Assembly (NCBI RefSeq): GCF_009914755.1
Contig: NC_060927.1
Source: the human T2T-CHM13v2.0 reference genome, Homo sapiens
Direction: 5' to 3' (one strand)
DNA length: 64,000 nucleotides
Made by a program: the position numbers and the translations under genes. Under the pieces are notes generated by a model. That model was not told the origin of the DNA and ran no database searches. It worked only from the letters and a program-made list of their open reading frames with translations. Shown here one piece after another: positions 62,128-64,000 of this stretch (positions are counted from its first letter, which is position 1; the number at the start of each line of letters is the position of its first letter).

Positions 62128-64000
62128 AAAAAATGAGGATCTTTGTCATGGCAAAATAAATCTCCAGTAGGAAGTGCAGTATTGAATTCTGCAATGTAAA
62201 AGCAATACCCCATGACCAATCCTATTCCTGATTTTCATAATTTTACCCCAAAGAAAAGAGAGGAAATCATGGTAACCTCCAACCCCAACTATATATGCTC
62301 ATAACTAATAGCATTAGAGAAAATACATTCAGTTCCCAGAACACAGTGCTAAGACCTGAACTTGCTGCTGGGTTCCATGGAAAAGCCTAGAGGCCTAAAC
62401 TTTGACAACCACTGCCATGTGAAATGCTACCCCGGCTATAGACAAAAAAACTATGTCTGTTATATCCTGGAATATGTGATGCTCATTTTACTTCTATATT
62501 AAATTTTTTTCTCCTTCCTCATTTCAACTTACCAAAAAAAAAAAAAACAAAACCCAAACCCTATCACTGTTCTAAAAGCAGAAACAAAGAATAAACCTTT
62601 ACCCAACTTCAAAAATTATCAACATTCTGCCAATCTTATTTCATCTCTCCCCCCACCAACTTTTTTTCTGAAGTATTTAAAAATCACAGATACCGCATAT
62701 TGTATCATGTTATCCATAAATGTGTCAATATGTACCCCTTACATAAGGCCATTTTATAAGTTCTTAATTCTGCTAAAAAGTTTCAGTTGATAATATTGCT
62801 GTAATTATCTAATAGTTACATTGTTTCACTCTAGAAATAGAATTTCAAGAAGGAATTCCTTAGTCTCACCAAATAGTAAATGCTTAACCAGTAAAATTCT
62901 CTGGGTTCTTTACAGAAGAATGACCACAGTGCAGCCTATCACCTGAACACTCATGAGTTCTCGTGACCTCAAGTCTGGAGAAAAGGCAGACCTACGGCTC
63001 CCTATCACCTTCTCTTTGCCTTCTTTCTTCATGTCCCTTAGAGACCTTCTTCCCCATCTCTACCAAAATCCCTGTTACCTGCCCACCCTTCATCCTTGGC
63101 CACACACATAAACACAAACTATGCCAAGAACATAGCTTACTTCAGAATATATCAGACAAATGCTTGATTCACCTCCAGGATACTGTGATAGTAAGACAAT
63201 GACGTGATGTCTTTCATTCCTCACCCACATGGCTCTCAAGATCCTTATAATATTCATCTGAAATGTCTAGTGTTTAGGGGGGAAATATTCTACTCTATAC
63301 AATTTTAGGGAATGGGCTTCATTTGTGCCAAAGTCTCTTTTTTCAATTTTTAAAAATCAAAATGTAATCAGTACTTTTTTTGAAAGACAAAAAAAATACA
63401 TTTAAAAATAGGGACCTCTGTAATAAAAAAGACTTCATGGAACTTTGAAATGCAAAACACTAGCACAATATTTAGGTAAATTGGCCCTCACTGTCACCTC
63501 TGTGAGAATGGGACATCTGGGTTACTTACAGGGTCAGGAAAGAAAGAACATAACAAACAATTTCTTTACCAAAACTGGTAACATTTTAGATGGAAAATTC
63601 CTACAGAGTTAGCTACATAAAGTAAAATATAATAATGCTTTAAACCCCTCCCAAGACATATACCACACATTGCCCTTGGCAATAAACCTAGAGGGGAGAG
63701 TTATATGAATCCCAGTAATCTTCCTATGTGTGCTGGCATTTCTCTTTTTCTGTCGTTTTATTTCTAAAGAGGCTTTTCCTTTATTTCCCTCCCCTAACAT
63801 AAGAAAACATTGCTGAGAGGATGGTTGCTATGTGTCAGCTCAGAAATGGTTTTGCCTCAGTGGTGTGTAGGCAGTCTTGATAAAACTAAGATCTTTGGAA
63901 AGGAATCATGGTATATAAATGAGATATTTAACTACAGTTTTCGTCATTCTGTCAGAGAAAAACTCCAGGCTTCTTTTCCATATATAGTATCCCTACATTT

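Overview
Primate (almost certainly human) genomic DNA, about half of it interspersed repeats. The window holds the 3' two-thirds of a minus-strand multi-exon gene that I recognise from memory as CCDC191/KIAA1407 (3q13.31). Ten coding exons from 56142 down to the stop at 2419 join in phase into 1839 nt (612 aa plus stop), followed by a 3'UTR with a poly(A) signal near 1423. The 5' exons lie beyond the window. Bases 1-245 look like the 3' end of a convergent plus-strand gene (probably ZDHHC23). The introns carry Alu, L1, L2, MIR, MaLR/ERVL, Tigger and MADE1 elements, plus a decayed processed pseudogene of ATP synthase subunit b (ATP5PB) that the ORF track misses. Best leads: about 8 Sfi1-type centrin-binding repeats in the spliced protein, a GC-AG intron with a weak donor, a 32-bp inverted-duplication hairpin, a trimeric Alu and a twin-primed L1. 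I see no prokaryote-type system (CRISPR etc.), and most ORF-track entries are repeat-derived noise. Repeat boundaries and subfamily names are by eye and approximate.
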